In this document: positions 51,560-61,750 of the stretch, one piece after another
How the letters are laid out: each line of letters starts with the position of its first letter
How positions within the stretch are numbered: position 1 is the first letter of the stretch
NCBI GenBank assembly: GCA_965209155.1
Contig: OZ242383.1
Span: forward strand, 2,368,001 to 2,432,000
DNA length: 64,000 bases
Direction of reading: 5' to 3'
Source: a bacterium
GTDB lineage: Bacteria > SAR324 > NAC60-12
Translations under genes and position numbers: made by a program
Notes under the pieces: generated by a model
The model's input: only the letters and a program-made list of their open reading frames with translations
Database searches by the model: none
What the model was told of the DNA's origin: nothing

Positions 51560-52374
51560 TTCTTCTTATCAGCTTCAATGATTTCAGATACAGGTTTTTC
51601 ACTTTCGGGTAAATCTGTCGTATCCACATTCATCAAGTCGAACAAAAGCTTTTTGATATTGGGATTGGAAGATTCCCGGTATAATTCTCCTTTGTGACTC
51701 AAGCTGATTTCACTTCGTTCTTCTGAAACAACAAGCACCAGCGCGTCCGATTCTTCCGTCAATCCAATCGCAGCGCGGTGGCGGGTGCCCAACATGGGAC
51801 TGACAATCACGTTTGTGGAAATTGGTAATAAACAACACGCGGCGGCCAAACGACCTTTGCGATCTATGATGACTGCCCCATCATGGAGCGGGGAGGTGGA
51901 GCGAAAAATGCTCATCAACAATTCCTTACTGCACACAGCATCGATAGCCGTACCCTTTTCTATATAGTTGCGCAGTCCCACGTCACGCTCAAATACAACC
52001 AGGGCGCCTACATTCTCCCGTGCCATCGTTTTTGCCCCCTGAATGACTTCGTCTATCATCCCTTTCTTGAACGGATTGCCCCCTGTAAAAAAAGTGATCA
52101 GACCAAATTGAGCCAGAGCATTACGAATTTCGGACTGAAAAAGAATCACCAACACCAACACCAGCGAATTTGCCAAATTGTCCAATAGCAGTCCAATTGC
52201 TTCCAGTTGAAGAATCCGCGTTAACAGGTAAACTGCTAATACTAAGCAAAAACCGACGAGGATCGGCATCGTCCGGGTTTCTTTGACCAGGGTGAAGAGC
52301 CGGTAAAATATAATGGTCAGTAACAGGATGTCGACAACATCCGGCCATCCTACGTTTTGAAAAATTTCTATCAT
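51529..52374 (-). CDS. cdaA: diadenylate cyclase CdaA
   Basis: Three N-terminal TMs and the DAC motifs LHDGAV and GTRHRAA. Confidence 0.93.
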   Translation of the reverse strand: MIEIFQNVGWPDVVDILLLTIIFYRLFTLVKETRTMPILVGFCLVLAVYLLTRILQLEAIGLLLDNLANSLVLVLVILFQSEIRNALAQFGLITFFTGGNPFKKGMIDEVIQGAKTMARENVGALVVFERDVGLRNYIEKGTAIDAVCSKELLMSIFRSTSPLHDGAVIIDRKGRLAAACCLLPISTNVIVSPMLGTRHRAAIGLTEESDALVLVVSEERSEISLSHKGELYRESSNPNIKKLLFDLMNVDTTDLPESEKPVSEIIEADKKNANQELKFNL

Positions 52375-52465
52375 AATTCATTCCAGACAAACCATGCCCG
52401 AGGAACCGTCTGCTGATCTGAGAGTCGCCTGGTACACTGCAACGAAAGTCTGAACTTACCCTCTA

Positions 52466-52583
52466 TGTCATTCCTTCCAAACTTGTCCCCGCTAAACTTT
52501 TCCCCGCGAAAGCGGGGAGCGGGGAGCGGAATTCCAGGGTATCGAAACTTTCCCTGGATTCCGGGTCTTCGCCCGGAATAACA
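52466..52583. repeat. nested REP-like palindromes between ftsH and cdaA
   Basis: TGTCATTCC...TCCCCGCGAAAGCGGGGA...CCAGGG/CCCTGG...TTCCGGG-TCTTCG-CCCGGAA. Confidence 0.7.
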
Positions 52584-52762
52584 GCGGCTTGAATAGACGG
52601 AAGGAGAAAAACATGTACGCACTTTTACCCTGTGGTACCAGTAACACATCGGCAATGGAGCGGATCAGGTGATACCACGCGTCATGGGGAGCAAATATCA
52701 GGGAAGGATACTGCGCTGAAAAATATTGAAGGCCGCATTGGCTACCGGGAGTATGTACCTGG

Positions 52763-54565
52763 TCAATTGATCACTGGCGTAAAACGTTGAATAGCACGGT
52801 GGACTTCTTCTCCATCCAATGTTTCTTTTTCCATCAGCAATTTTGCTAAATACTCCAATGATTGACGGTGCATAATCAATATGTCACGTGCTCTTGTGTA
52901 GCATTTGGTAATCAATTCTTTCACTTCCAAATCAACAAGCTGCGCAGTTTCATCACTGTATGCCTTATGCATCAACAAATCCTTCCCCAAGAAAACCGGG
53001 TCCCCGTCATCCGCGCAAGTCAAGGGTCCCAGTTTTTCATTCATCCCCCATTGGCAGACCATTTTCCGGGCTAAATCTGTCGCTTTTTTCAAGTCATCAC
53101 TGGCTCCCGTCGTGAATCTGTTGAACACCAGGTGTTCTGCTGCGCGTCCGCCCATCATCATGGCAATATGTCCCAGTAATCCCTGTTGCGTATGACTATG
53201 ACGATCTTCCGTAGGCAGCAACTGGGTAACCCCCAATGCGCGACCTCTCGGAATAATGGTCACTTTGTGCACTGGGTCGACCTCCGGAATGCTGGCGGCT
53301 ACCAATGCGTGTCCGGCTTCATGGTAAGCAGTGGTTTCTTTTTCTTCTTCGCTGATGAGCAGGCTTTTTCGTTCCGCTCCCATCAACACTTTATCCTTGG
53401 CATATTCAAAATCGTCCAGGTCCACAACCGATTTGTCCTTCCGTGCCGCCCACAATGCGGCTTCATTGCATAAATTCGCCAAATCTGCTCCTGTGAAACC
53501 AGGAGTGCCACGGGCGATCACTCGCAGGTCGACGGATTCTTCCAATTCAATGGTGCGTGTATGGACGTTCAAAATCGATTCTCTGCCATTGATATCGGGA
53601 AGAGGAACGTTGATATGCCGGTCAAAACGACCGGGTCGCAGCAGGGCAGAATCCAAGACATCCGGACGATTGGTGGCAGCGACAATAATCACGCCATTGT
53701 TCGTATCGAATCCATCCATCTCCACAAGCAACTGATTGAGCGTTTGTTCGCGTTCGTCATTTCCTCCTCCCAATCCGGCGCCTCGACTGCGCCCCACTGC
53801 ATCGATTTCATCAATAAAAATTATACAGGGAGCCGTCTTTTTTCCTTGTTCGAATAAATCGCGAACCCGGCTCGCCCCCACACCCACGAACATCTCGACA
53901 AAATCGGAACCGCTGATACTGAAGAAAGGCACTCCCGCTTCTCCCGCAATGGCTTTTGCCAGCAAGGTCTTTCCTGTTCCCGGATTACCCACCAATAAGA
54001 CGCCTCGTGGAATCTCACCTCCCAACGCTTCGAATTTCTGAGGATCGGAAAGGAAATCCACGATTTCCCCCAGTTCTTCCCGGGCTTCATCGATACCAGC
54101 CACGTCCTTGAAGGTCACCGCGTGGTCGTTCCCTTCAGTCACCCGAGCACGGATCTTGCCAAATCCCAGGGTCTTATTGCTTCCCCCTTGAAACTGGCGC
54201 ATGAAAATAATCCAAATGCCAATGATCAATAGAATCGGCAACCAACTGTTCAAAATCGACCAGAATATCCCGCCTCTCGAATCCGATTCCACCCGAATTC
54301 CCACTTCATGCTGCTCCAGGAATTCAATCAACTGAGGGTATTCTGGTACGGAAGTTTGAAAAGGTCCGTATTCTTGATTGACTCCATAAATTTCACTGCC
54401 TCTGATAACTACTTCGTTGATACTACCGTGTTCCACCTGTGACAAGAAGTCTGAAAAAGAGATGGAGCGGTCTCCGGAAGAGCGAGAGCCCATGAAATTG
54501 AACAGGAACAGGATCACAAAACCGATGATTAACCAAATGCCGATGTTTTTTATGAATGCATTCAC
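52763..54565 (-). CDS. ftsH: ATP-dependent zinc metalloprotease FtsH
   Basis: [17 protein letters not shown], second region of homology and HEAGH. Confidence 0.97.
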   Translation of the reverse strand: MNAFIKNIGIWLIIGFVILFLFNFMGSRSSGDRSISFSDFLSQVEHGSINEVVIRGSEIYGVNQEYGPFQTSVPEYPQLIEFLEQHEVGIRVESDSRGGIFWSILNSWLPILLIIGIWIIFMRQFQGGSNKTLGFGKIRARVTEGNDHAVTFKDVAGIDEAREELGEIVDFLSDPQKFEALGGEIPRGVLLVGNPGTGKTLLAKAIAGEAGVPFFSISGSDFVEMFVGVGASRVRDLFEQGKKTAPCIIFIDEIDAVGRSRGAGLGGGNDEREQTLNQLLVEMDGFDTNNGVIIVAATNRPDVLDSALLRPGRFDRHINVPLPDINGRESILNVHTRTIELEESVDLRVIARGTPGFTGADLANLCNEAALWAARKDKSVVDLDDFEYAKDKVLMGAERKSLLISEEEKETTAYHEAGHALVAASIPEVDPVHKVTIIPRGRALGVTQLLPTEDRHSHTQQGLLGHIAMMMGGRAAEHLVFNRFTTGASDDLKKATDLARKMVCQWGMNEKLGPLTCADDGDPVFLGKDLLMHKAYSDETAQLVDLEVKELITKCYTRARDILIMHRQSLEYLAKLLMEKETLDGEEVHRAIQRFTPVIN

Positions 54566-54741
54566 TTCCGCCTCATGACAGAATTAAAATGTGTTGGTAT
54601 GAAAACAGTCCTGATGTAATCACTGAAATTCCCCTCTATGCGTAATTATCTTAATTTTCGTAAAATTTAATATAAAATGATTTCTCGATATTCACAAGCC
54701 AACAACCCGTGAAGGAAAATTTTCAAATTTCTTTGCATCCC

Positions 54742-56604
54742 ATGAAAAAAAACACTCCCCTTGCCGGGAAATTGTCCTACCTGCCTGATCTTCCTGGCGT
54801 GTATCGATATCTGGACGACAGGGGGGAGATCCTTTATATCGGCAAAGCCAAATCTCTCAAAAACCGGGTACGCTCTTATTTCCAACCTTCAGCGCAGCAT
54901 AATCTCCGTTTACAGTTGATGGTTTCCCTGGTGCATGATGTCGATTCCACCGTTACCAATACTGAATCCGAAGCATTGATATTGGAAGCCCATGAGATAA
55001 AAACCCATCAACCTCGCTACAATGTTGAACTCAAAGACGATAAATCCTACCCTTATTTTAAACTCACTACGTATGAGATGTATCCCCGCTTGCTCTTGGT
55101 GCGGGAATCATTTCACAAGCAAGCCGAATATTATGGGCCCTATCCCTCGGTACGGAATGCCCGGCAAGTTTTACGCCTGGTCAATAAGTATTTCTTACTT
55201 CGCACGAGCCGCATGGACCTGGATGGGACAAAAACGTTTCGCCCCTGTCTCAATTTTCAATTGAAACGCTGCCTGGCTCCGTGCCGTGGAACGGTTCCCG
55301 TGAAACAATATGCGGAGGAAATGCGACAGGTGCGTTGGTTCCTGCAAGGGAAATTCCGTCAATTGATTGCATTGCTTCAATCGCGAATGCAAGCTGCATC
55401 CGCCAAAATGGATTTTGAAAAAGCGGCAAAGCTCCGAGATCAAATTCAAGCGACTCAACGGACTTTTGACCGGCAACAGTTTCTCACTCCTGCAAGTGAA
55501 AACCTGGATGTATTGGCTCTCTATCGTGAGGCGGAACTGGCTGGCATCGAGGTCTTTTTCATACGTTATGGGAGATTGCTCTCCAGAGATTTCTTCTTTT
55601 TTGAAGAAGTGGAGAACGCATCCGACGACAACTTACTGGGGCAGGTCCTCAATCGCATATATATAGGCAATCGTTCTGTTGTTCCTCACAAGATTTTATT
55701 ACCTTTTCCTTATTCCGACCAAATTTTGCTCGCCAAGGTTTTGAGTGAGAAAATACAGCGTAAGGTTTCGATTACCGTTCCCCAAAGAGGGAACAAAAAA
55801 CATGCAGTGGAGATGGCATGGCGCAACGCAAAAGTTCACTTACTGGAAAAGAAACAGCAACAGGTCGACCAGGAAACCCTTTTACTGAAAATACAGAGGA
55901 CGTTGCACTTGAAAAGATTGCCCCGCATCATTGAAGCTTTTGATATCTCAAATATCTCCGGATCTCATACCGTGGCATCGATGGTGTCGTGGAAAGATAA
56001 TAAACCCGATAAGGAGAATTACCGTAAATTCAGAATTAAAAATGTGGCGGGACAGGATGACTATCTGAGTATGAAGGAAGTCTTGACCCGACGTTACCTG
56101 AGAAGCGTCTCCGGCGAAAAACCTCTACCGGACTTGATCTTAATCGACGGAGGCAAAGGGCAACTGAGCATTGCGATTCATGTTTTGAAGACACTGGAAA
56201 TCGATTTACGCCAGGTCGATGTGATTGGCCTGGCAAAAGGACGAACGGAAAAAAGGAAAGGTCTGCCTCCTCTCCGGGAAGAAGATTTCGAATATATAGT
56301 AAAACCCAATCAGAAAAACGAAATACGACTCAATCGTCATTCTGCGGTTCTGCATTCGTTACAGAAAATCCGGGATGAATCCCACCGCTTCGCAATCACC
56401 TACCATCGCAGTCTCCGCCGGAAAGCTTCACTCCATTCGGTGCTCGATGAGATTGAAAGTATTGGTCCATCTCGTAAAAAAAAGTTGCTCAGACATTTCG
56501 GAAGTTTGAGTAAAATAAAGAATGCGTCCGAAGAATCCCTGCAGGAGGTTCCTGGTATTTCTCAACTCGTCGCTCAGGCGATTTATCAATACTTCCATCA
56601 ATAA
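54742..56604 (+). CDS. uvrC: excinuclease ABC subunit C
   Basis: GIY-YIG (PGVY...YIGKAKSL), FDISN, IDGGKGQ and HhH repeats. Confidence 0.95.
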   Translation: MKKNTPLAGKLSYLPDLPGVYRYLDDRGEILYIGKAKSLKNRVRSYFQPSAQHNLRLQLMVSLVHDVDSTVTNTESEALILEAHEIKTHQPRYNVELKDDKSYPYFKLTTYEMYPRLLLVRESFHKQAEYYGPYPSVRNARQVLRLVNKYFLLRTSRMDLDGTKTFRPCLNFQLKRCLAPCRGTVPVKQYAEEMRQVRWFLQGKFRQLIALLQSRMQAASAKMDFEKAAKLRDQIQATQRTFDRQQFLTPASENLDVLALYREAELAGIEVFFIRYGRLLSRDFFFFEEVENASDDNLLGQVLNRIYIGNRSVVPHKILLPFPYSDQILLAKVLSEKIQRKVSITVPQRGNKKHAVEMAWRNAKVHLLEKKQQQVDQETLLLKIQRTLHLKRLPRIIEAFDISNISGSHTVASMVSWKDNKPDKENYRKFRIKNVAGQDDYLSMKEVLTRRYLRSVSGEKPLPDLILIDGGKGQLSIAIHVLKTLEIDLRQVDVIGLAKGRTEKRKGLPPLREEDFEYIVKPNQKNEIRLNRHSAVLHSLQKIRDESHRFAITYHRSLRRKASLHSVLDEIESIGPSRKKKLLRHFGSLSKIKNASEESLQEVPGISQLVAQAIYQYFHQ

Positions 56605-57422
56605 CGATTCCCACTCCATTCCCCGGAATTGCGTGCGGGTATTGCGCGAGTTTTAAGAAATGCGTGTGTTTTCGGGATTTTTCCCAAGTGGTACTGAAAA
56701 TAGGCTGAAAACGCATCATCCAGCTCCCTGGCATTTTGCGTGGTGGGTCGTATATTGAGCGGGTCGAGGGCATCCAGTTCCATATGCAGCAAGTAAGAAA
56801 GCGTTCCCGGGGACAAGGGTAAACAGACGGAAAGACGAAGGGCGCATCGAGGACAGCGGAACCCGCCTTGCGCGCAATCCAGCTGGTGAACCGCCTTTTG
56901 CTTCAGTTGCGGAAGCGTTCCGGCACCCCTCCCCCACAAAGGACGACTGCACTCGAGGCAGGTATTCGGATCCGGCCAGATTCCCAGTAACTTCAAAAGG
57001 TTTTTTTCAAACTCGAATCTGATTTTCGTATAGGTCGTGCTGGGTTGCAAATTTTCCAATCCGGATAGCAACAAATCAAAAAAATGGAGGGCCTCTTGCG
57101 GGTCGATCACGCAAAGGTGAATCCATTCGGCAAAATAAGATGCATACAGGATTTTTTCATAACTGAGTCGAATAGGATAGAAACTGTTCAAAAGCCCCAA
57201 TTTTCGGATACGGACCATTTCGGCATGAGGTTTCTCCACATATTGAACATTGACATGGGTAAAAGGTTCTGAAATCCCGAGGTGCGCGGAATTGATTCTT
57301 TTCGCTCCTTTGAGAACGCCTGTTTTTTTCCCCTGATCTTTAGTCAGCAACGTAATAATCTTGTCATATTCATGGAAGTCGATTTGCTTGATAATCAGTC
57401 CTTCCGAGAATTGTGGTTTCAT
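56598..57422 (-). CDS. recO: DNA repair protein RecO
   Basis: N-terminal OB fold (EYDKIITLLT...GK) and CxxC...CxxC zinc finger. Confidence 0.85.
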   Translation of the reverse strand: MKPQFSEGLIIKQIDFHEYDKIITLLTKDQGKKTGVLKGAKRINSAHLGISEPFTHVNVQYVEKPHAEMVRIRKLGLLNSFYPIRLSYEKILYASYFAEWIHLCVIDPQEALHFFDLLLSGLENLQPSTTYTKIRFEFEKNLLKLLGIWPDPNTCLECSRPLWGRGAGTLPQLKQKAVHQLDCAQGGFRCPRCALRLSVCLPLSPGTLSYLLHMELDALDPLNIRPTTQNARELDDAFSAYFQYHLGKIPKTHAFLKTRAIPARNSGEWSGNRY

Positions 57423-57444
57423 GGTGGTTGATCCATCCTGCTAT

Positions 57445-58614
57445 TCAGCTGTTTCCTTCATTGAAGATTTCGCGACCAATCAACATACGACGTATTTCAT
57501 TGGTCCCCGCGCCGATATCATAGAGTTTGGCATCGCGCAGCAAACGGCCGGTCGGATACTCATTGATATACCCATTTCCTCCGAGGCTCTGAATGGCTTC
57601 CAGGGCGACTCTCACCGAGTTTTCGGATGCAAAAAGCAGGCAGGACGCCGTGTCTCGTCGAGAAACCCGGTTCAAGTCACAATTGTTCGCCACCCGGTAG
57701 ACAAAGGCGCGCGAGGCTTGCAGGGCGGTATACATATCTGCGATTTTTCCTTGCATCAATTCAAAGGATCCGATGGGCTGGTTGAACTGGGTGCGCTCAT
57801 GAAGATACGGTAGCGTGATATCCATGGCGGCTTGCATAAGACCAAGCGGCCCTCCTGCCAGCACCACCCGCTCCAGGTTCAAACCCCGCATCAGTACGCG
57901 TGTGCCCCGGTTGATCTCTCCAATTCGATTCGCTTCCGGAATTTCACAATCTTCAAACACCAACTCGCAGGTACTGGAACCTCGCATTCCCAATTTGTCC
58001 AGTTTTTGCGCCGTGTGAAATCCCTTCATTCCTTTTTCGATAACGAAGGGGGTGACGGAATGGGGTTCCATTTCCTTGCCGGCAGTTCTCATATAGACCA
58101 ACAAGACGTCGGCTTCCGGCCCGTTGGTGATCCACATTTTGGAACCATTGGCGACCCACCCCTTCCCTTGTCTCACGGCCGTACAGTTCATCGATCCGAT
58201 CACGTCCGATCCCGCTCCCGGTTCCGACATGGCCAGGGCGCCCACGAACTCTCCCGTACAAAGCTTCGGCAAATATTTCCGTCGCTGGTCTTCATTGCCG
58301 TTCAAATACAAATTGTTGACGCACAAATTGGAGTGGGCGCCATAGGAAAGGCCGACGGAAGCGGAGGCTCGTGAAATTTCTTCCATAGCCACCACGTGGG
58401 CCAGGTAACTCATGCCCGACCCTCCATATGACGGCGGTATGGTAATGCCGAGCAACCCCATTTCCCCCATTTTTTGCCATAGCTCTTGAGGGAATTCGTT
58501 TTTTTGATCGATCTCGTCTGCAATCGGCGCAATTTCAGCAGCGGCAAACTGGTGGGTGGATTCGCGAAGCAAATCAATTTCCTGGCTCAAATGCGTATCC
58601 CAAATCATCGTCAC
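57445..58614 (-). CDS. ivd: isovaleryl-CoA dehydrogenase (acyl-CoA dehydrogenase)
   Basis: LSYGAHSNLC, ALAMSEPGAGSD, KMWITNG and LYDIGAGTNEIRR. Confidence 0.9.
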   Translation of the reverse strand: MTMIWDTHLSQEIDLLRESTHQFAAAEIAPIADEIDQKNEFPQELWQKMGEMGLLGITIPPSYGGSGMSYLAHVVAMEEISRASASVGLSYGAHSNLCVNNLYLNGNEDQRRKYLPKLCTGEFVGALAMSEPGAGSDVIGSMNCTAVRQGKGWVANGSKMWITNGPEADVLLVYMRTAGKEMEPHSVTPFVIEKGMKGFHTAQKLDKLGMRGSSTCELVFEDCEIPEANRIGEINRGTRVLMRGLNLERVVLAGGPLGLMQAAMDITLPYLHERTQFNQPIGSFELMQGKIADMYTALQASRAFVYRVANNCDLNRVSRRDTASCLLFASENSVRVALEAIQSLGGNGYINEYPTGRLLRDAKLYDIGAGTNEIRRMLIGREIFNEGNS

Positions 58615-59336
58615 TCATTGTTCGTATTTTTTTCCTCCTCTTGCTCTTCCATTCTCACTTTGGAAAGAGCGGATGAAAACAACCCGGTTGGCACGGCAAC
58701 GATTCCCAAGCCGATCACCAGTATGAAGAAGGTGAATATTCTTCCTCCAGGCGTAATTGGGTACATATCGCCATATCCCACCGTACTCAGGGTGGCCACC
58801 GCCCACCAAAGGCTGTGAAAAACACTTTTAAATATTTCTGGTTGAGCTTCACTTTCGAAATAATATATTCCTAAGGCCGAAATATATAAAAGTATTCCGG
58901 TAACCATGCTGAATAAGACAATTTCTTCTCTGGCAATGACAAATGCCCGGGAAAATCTGTCAATTGCCTTGTTGTAACGCAGTATCTTCATTAATTGAAA
59001 AATACGCATCATTCTGAAAATTCTCAACGATGTCAGGTCAATTCCGATTGCAAGATAAAAAGGCAGCACGGCAACCAGATCGATTATTCCATAGAAGCTC
59101 AGCACGTAACCCATTTTCCTGTCGGCAACGTACAACCTGAGCAAGTATTCGATGGTGAACAGGATCACTATCACTGTTTCTATGATTCGGAGCGCTTGCC
59201 GTGTCGTGCTTGAAAGATCTGGCAGGGTTTCTATGGCGAAGGTGACGACGGATACCAGTATCAGGGCCTGTATCATCAAATCAAACACGCGACCTGCGCT
59301 CGTGTCACTTCTCTCGACTATCGCTTTAATGTCCAT
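58611..59336 (-). CDS. voltage-gated K+ channel-like ion transporter
   Basis: S4-like LRIFRMMRIF segment and selectivity filter TVGYGD; likely start ATG 59336. Confidence 0.9.
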   Translation of the reverse strand: MDIKAIVERSDTSAGRVFDLMIQALILVSVVTFAIETLPDLSSTTRQALRIIETVIVILFTIEYLLRLYVADRKMGYVLSFYGIIDLVAVLPFYLAIGIDLTSLRIFRMMRIFQLMKILRYNKAIDRFSRAFVIAREEIVLFSMVTGILLYISALGIYYFESEAQPEIFKSVFHSLWWAVATLSTVGYGDMYPITPGGRIFTFFILVIGLGIVAVPTGLFSSALSKVRMEEQEEEKNTNNE

Positions 59337-59456
59337 TTTTTCCAAACTTTCAAGCCATACCCCGAACCTGTCGTCTTCTTCGCTATGCGCCGTTCAGGCG
59401 GTCAGTCTCGATAGTTTTGAAAAAGCGGTTGCGGAGCGATTGGATTTTAGCGCATT

Positions 59457-59675
59457 TTATTCCTGATTCATCAGGTCTATGATGTGCGTAAGTATTTCAA
59501 GCGCGTTCATTACTTTAGGATCAGACTTTTCGATAAAGTCATTGCTTATCGAGAAAGAAATGCGATACCCGTTATCACTTCCTTCCACCGTCACCTCTCC
59601 AACATCATTTTCAATACGATTCCCTTCTGTAAACAGGTGCCGAGATAATCTCAGCAATGCATGACTTTTTACCAT
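59457..59675 (-). CDS. hypothetical protein (72 aa)
   Basis: ATG-started ORF with plausible composition, located between repeat elements. Confidence 0.5.
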   Translation of the reverse strand: MVKSHALLRLSRHLFTEGNRIENDVGEVTVEGSDNGYRISFSISNDFIEKSDPKVMNALEILTHIIDLMNQE

Positions 59676-59724
59676 ATTTGCACTTCAACCTTTTGTTTAA
59701 TTGTACATGATTGTTAAAAGCTAA

Positions 59725-59835
59725 CGTGAATCAGGAGTTAAAAATAGACCAGGAATCCGGTCTATATGATCGTGTCATTCCTTTCTTGACTAGGAATCCA
59801 GTTGGATTCCGGATCATCCAGGTCCCGGATCATGA
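59725..59835. mobile_element. partial or variant MITE family A (copy 4)
   Basis: Left end CGTGAATCAGGAGTTAAAAA and core GTCATTCCTTTCTTGACTAGGAATCC; right end not found. Confidence 0.6.
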
Positions 59836-60307
59836 AGGATATAATTGCATTTTGTGCTTTTTTCATTTATGGATCAGTAAGATATGGTCTTATCCCTAAC
59901 AAAATTATTAAGATTTGTCAAGAAAAATTTTTGGTCATTCGTCTGAATGATCTCGCTGGGTTCGGTGAAATATTTTGCAACAATGTCGGGTCTGAAAGTT
60001 TGGAAAAACGGTTTTGGAATGGGATGACTGGTGGGACAGGGTTCATCTATTGAGGAAACGAATCAATCCCGGAATCTCCAAGATCGTCTCAAAACCCTCC
60101 AGGTTCGAATCTTTGCTTGAAATTCAAAACTTCCAGGTCTGACCCCTTCACATTGACGCTCGGGTCTCCCCTCGCTTCGGTGAGGGGAGCGGATTGAAAC
60201 TCGATGACCTGGCGCTGCGTCTCAGTCGTCTGGCTTGAAAGTTTGGAAAAGTAGTGTTATTATTTTCTTCAAATCGATTTGACATTCCTTCTCGCCGGTT
60301 TCTGAAG

Positions 60308-61246
60308 ATGGCTCGTAAACCACGCCTTTACTTTCCTGGTGCGCTTTATCATGTGATGCTTCGTGGCAATGGAGGGCAATCCATTTTTTTCAGTCCCCCC
60401 GACTATCGACAATTTTATGACTTGCTCCAAGAAGGTTCCCAACGCTTTGATCACCGGATTCACGCCTTTTGTTTAATGAGCAATCATGTCCATTTAGCCA
60501 TTGAAGTGGGCGAGACCCCTCTTGCTCCGATCATGCAAAATATCTCATTTCGCTACGCGCGTTGGGTGAATCAACGGGAAAAACGCATGGGCCACTTATT
60601 TCAGGGACGTTATAAAGCTTTGTTAGTGGATCAAGAAAACTATTTGTTAGCCTTGATTCGTTATATCCATCTCAATCCGATTCGAGCGGGTGTGGCGAAA
60701 GAGTTGGTTGATTATCCATGGAGCAGCCATTTGGCTTACTTGGGAAAGCGGCGGCTGAAATGGCTGCATATGGATTGGGGATTGTCTCACTTTTCCCCAA
60801 AACGGGGAGAGGCCAGAAAACTTTATGAGGATTATATCCGGAGTGGGTGTAACATGGCTTCGCAGGTCAATTTTCAAAAAGGCTCTGTCCATTCAGAGAT
60901 CATTGGAGAGAATCATTTTGTGACTTCGGTTTTGAAGAAGCTCGAAAACGTCCCCTCTCCTCCTCCTCTTTTAGGTCGGATCATTCATCAAGTGGCTCGA
61001 ATTTATCAACTACCGGAGCAGGAATTGAGAAGTGCCGGGCAGTCACGAAAGTCGAGTGAAGCCCGCGCGATGATTGGCCTGTTGGCATACGATTGGAAGT
61101 CCGCAACGATTCGGGAGGTCGGAAACGTTTTCAATCGAGATGATTCGACGATCAGCTTTGCAGTGCACCGCTTGAGACGACGATTGAAGGAATCCGAGGG
61201 GCTCCAAAATCAATTAGAAGAACTGAAACGTCAAATACTCGATTGA
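60308..61246 (+). mobile_element. RAYT / Y1 HUH tyrosine transposase with a C-terminal DnaA-C-like HTH
   Basis: MARKPR...YHVMLRG, CLMSNHVHL (HUH), GHLFQGRY, YIHLNP and YPWSS; C-terminal ARAM...IREVGNVFNRDDSTI. Confidence 0.9.
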
Positions 61247-61407
61247 AGTTCCAAACTTCCAAGCCTGACCCAATTTTAAGCTATTCAGAAGAGGAGATCG
61301 GATTTTCATGTCGAGTGAAGAAACTGAAGAAATACCAGGCAGAATTCCGCGAAAGCAGAAATCTTGGATATCTTGAGCGCCCCTGGATTCCGGGTCTAGG
61401 CTCTGAT

Positions 61408-61517
61408 TGACACGTTTCTGGATTGGTGTTTTTCACCGGGAATGACATGCTCCTGGATTGGTGTTTTTCGCCGGGAATGACACGCTTTTAGCCTTTTTTT
61501 GCCCGGAATGACACGCT
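61408..61517 (+). repeat. 35/35/31-bp tandem repeat ending in a GGAATGACAC REP-like core
   Basis: TGACACGTTTCTGGATTGGTGTTTTTCACCGGGAA-like units start at 61408, 61443 and 61478. Confidence 0.75.
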
Positions 61518-61750
61518 TAGAACCTGTTTGGAATAAGTTGAGCTTCCTATTGGAAGTGTTCCATGTCCCATTCATTTTGAGAGAAATGAAACCTTAATAA
61601 CAAGGAGTGAACATGGAACATTCAGGTTGTAACAGTGATGTCCGCGTTAAACAATGAAAAGACTTCAAAAGTCCCTTCCCGAACTTTCACTCAAGAAGGT
61701 ATCCCTTCTCAACCCTCGAGGCCACGCCTGTCCCCTTTTCCGAAAAAATA

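Larger units (their letters stand above)
59340..61271. repeat. family of ~24-bp motifs (approx. TTCMAAACTTYCARGYCTGACCCC) around the RAYT gene
   Basis: Copies at 59340-59363(+), 59398-59421(-), 59985-60005(-), 60123-60146(+), 60225-60248(-) and 61249-61271(+). Confidence 0.75.

Noticed and set aside
52371..52655. 94-aa ORF upstream of cdaA
   Set aside because: Mostly translated palindromic repeat.
59340..59460. integron attC site
   Set aside because: No convincing RYYYAAC/GTTRRRY-bounded palindrome and no tyrosine-recombinase integrase in the window; better explained by the RAYT-associated motif pair.
61408..61517. possible CRISPR array
   Set aside because: Units are head-to-tail with no unique spacers, and no cas genes are present.
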